A stretch of 63,848 nucleotides of DNA, counting the filler, from Octopus bimaculoides (Eukaryota), in assembly GCF_001194135.2 (NCBI RefSeq). It is 4 parts of 4 records of this genome, joined end to end, with 100 filler letters (N's around TTAATTAATTAA, not from the genome) between each part and the next. Parts side by side here need not be neighbours in the genome. Positions count along the whole stretch, not along the records: positions 56,112 to 63,848 come from NC_068987.1; 3 more parts are not named here. One strand, 5' to 3'. This document shows positions 63,434 to 63,848 of the stretch, piece by piece. The stretch's first letter is position 1, and each line of letters opens with the position of its first letter. The notes under the pieces were generated by a model. The model did not search any database. It saw only the letters and a list, made by a program, of their open reading frames with translations, and had not been told where the DNA came from. Position numbers and translations under genes: made by a program.

Positions 63434-63848
63434 TACTAGCAGTATAACCCGACCTTGTCCGGGTGTGACTTATTACGCTATCTACGATAAGTCTTGCTAG
63501 GTGAAAATCAACTAAAAAAGAAAGCCTTACAACGAAAATACCCTTATGATGTAAATATGTTCATAATTCAAAAGACGATGAAATTAATAGGGAAAGTCTG
63601 AAGGCTGTTTTGCGTAAAATTATTAAGCGTACGTAAATTTCATCCTTCTAATTGGCTATAGAAATGCTTGTGCAAAACAATTTTTTACGCTGCCCTGATT
63701 ATACATGGCAGGGTAATCCCTTTTAGCAGGAGCTAGGACGGCAATTTGTAATGAAGCAATTGCTAGTGATCTGTTGCTACACAGTTTTACCAGAATTCTA
63801 TCATATTGGGAAGAAGATGTTGATGCACCATTTTGCATTATGTTCAAA
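63434..63848 (+). mobile_element. Helitron/HINE-like element 5' end
   Basis: tACTAGCAGTATAACCCGaccttgtcCGGGT terminal hairpin, resembling invertebrate non-autonomous Helitron-like termini. Confidence 0.45.

Noticed and set aside
63656-63847. 63-aa minus ORF as Helitron helicase or host exon
   Set aside because: No convincing Rep or Pif1 motif, and it is truncated by the window edge.
1-63848. CRISPR arrays, rRNA genes, prokaryotic operons
   Set aside because: None seen. The sequence is eukaryotic with spliceosomal introns, and the tandem repeats lack unique spacers.

Overview
Eukaryotic, AT-rich, repeat-dense genomic scaffold with many N gaps. The SINE/LINE repertoire points to an octopod cephalopod, probably Octopus (inference). 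Two host genes are supported by spliced exons. The 3' part of M1AP (meiosis 1 arrest protein) lies on the minus strand: exons 10077-9826, 2450-2337 and 1840-1670. Two internal exons of an annexin (A7-like, repeat 2) lie on the plus strand: 50871-50961 and 52978-53057. I could not find the 5' exons of either gene. The rest is a mosaic of tRNA-derived SINEs, RTE, CR1 and R4/Dong LINE relics, Penelope-like (GIY-YIG) fragments, Tc1/mariner, hAT, pogo/Tigger, Kolobok-type and Helitron-like elements, and microsatellites. Three artificial 100-nt joins (44 N + TTAATTAATTAA + 44 N) split the window into four pieces whose order is unverified. The most interesting signal is a cluster of type I hammerhead ribozyme (HHR) motifs, folded by eye. 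One looks intact (57243-57295, behind a Penelope endonuclease). Several are degenerate solo copies. Three sequence-unrelated 200-280 bp fold-back elements (13233-13504, 16840-17114, 42402-42611) each carry a head-to-head pair of hammerheads. Most long ORFs in the supplied track are artefacts of N runs or microsatellites.
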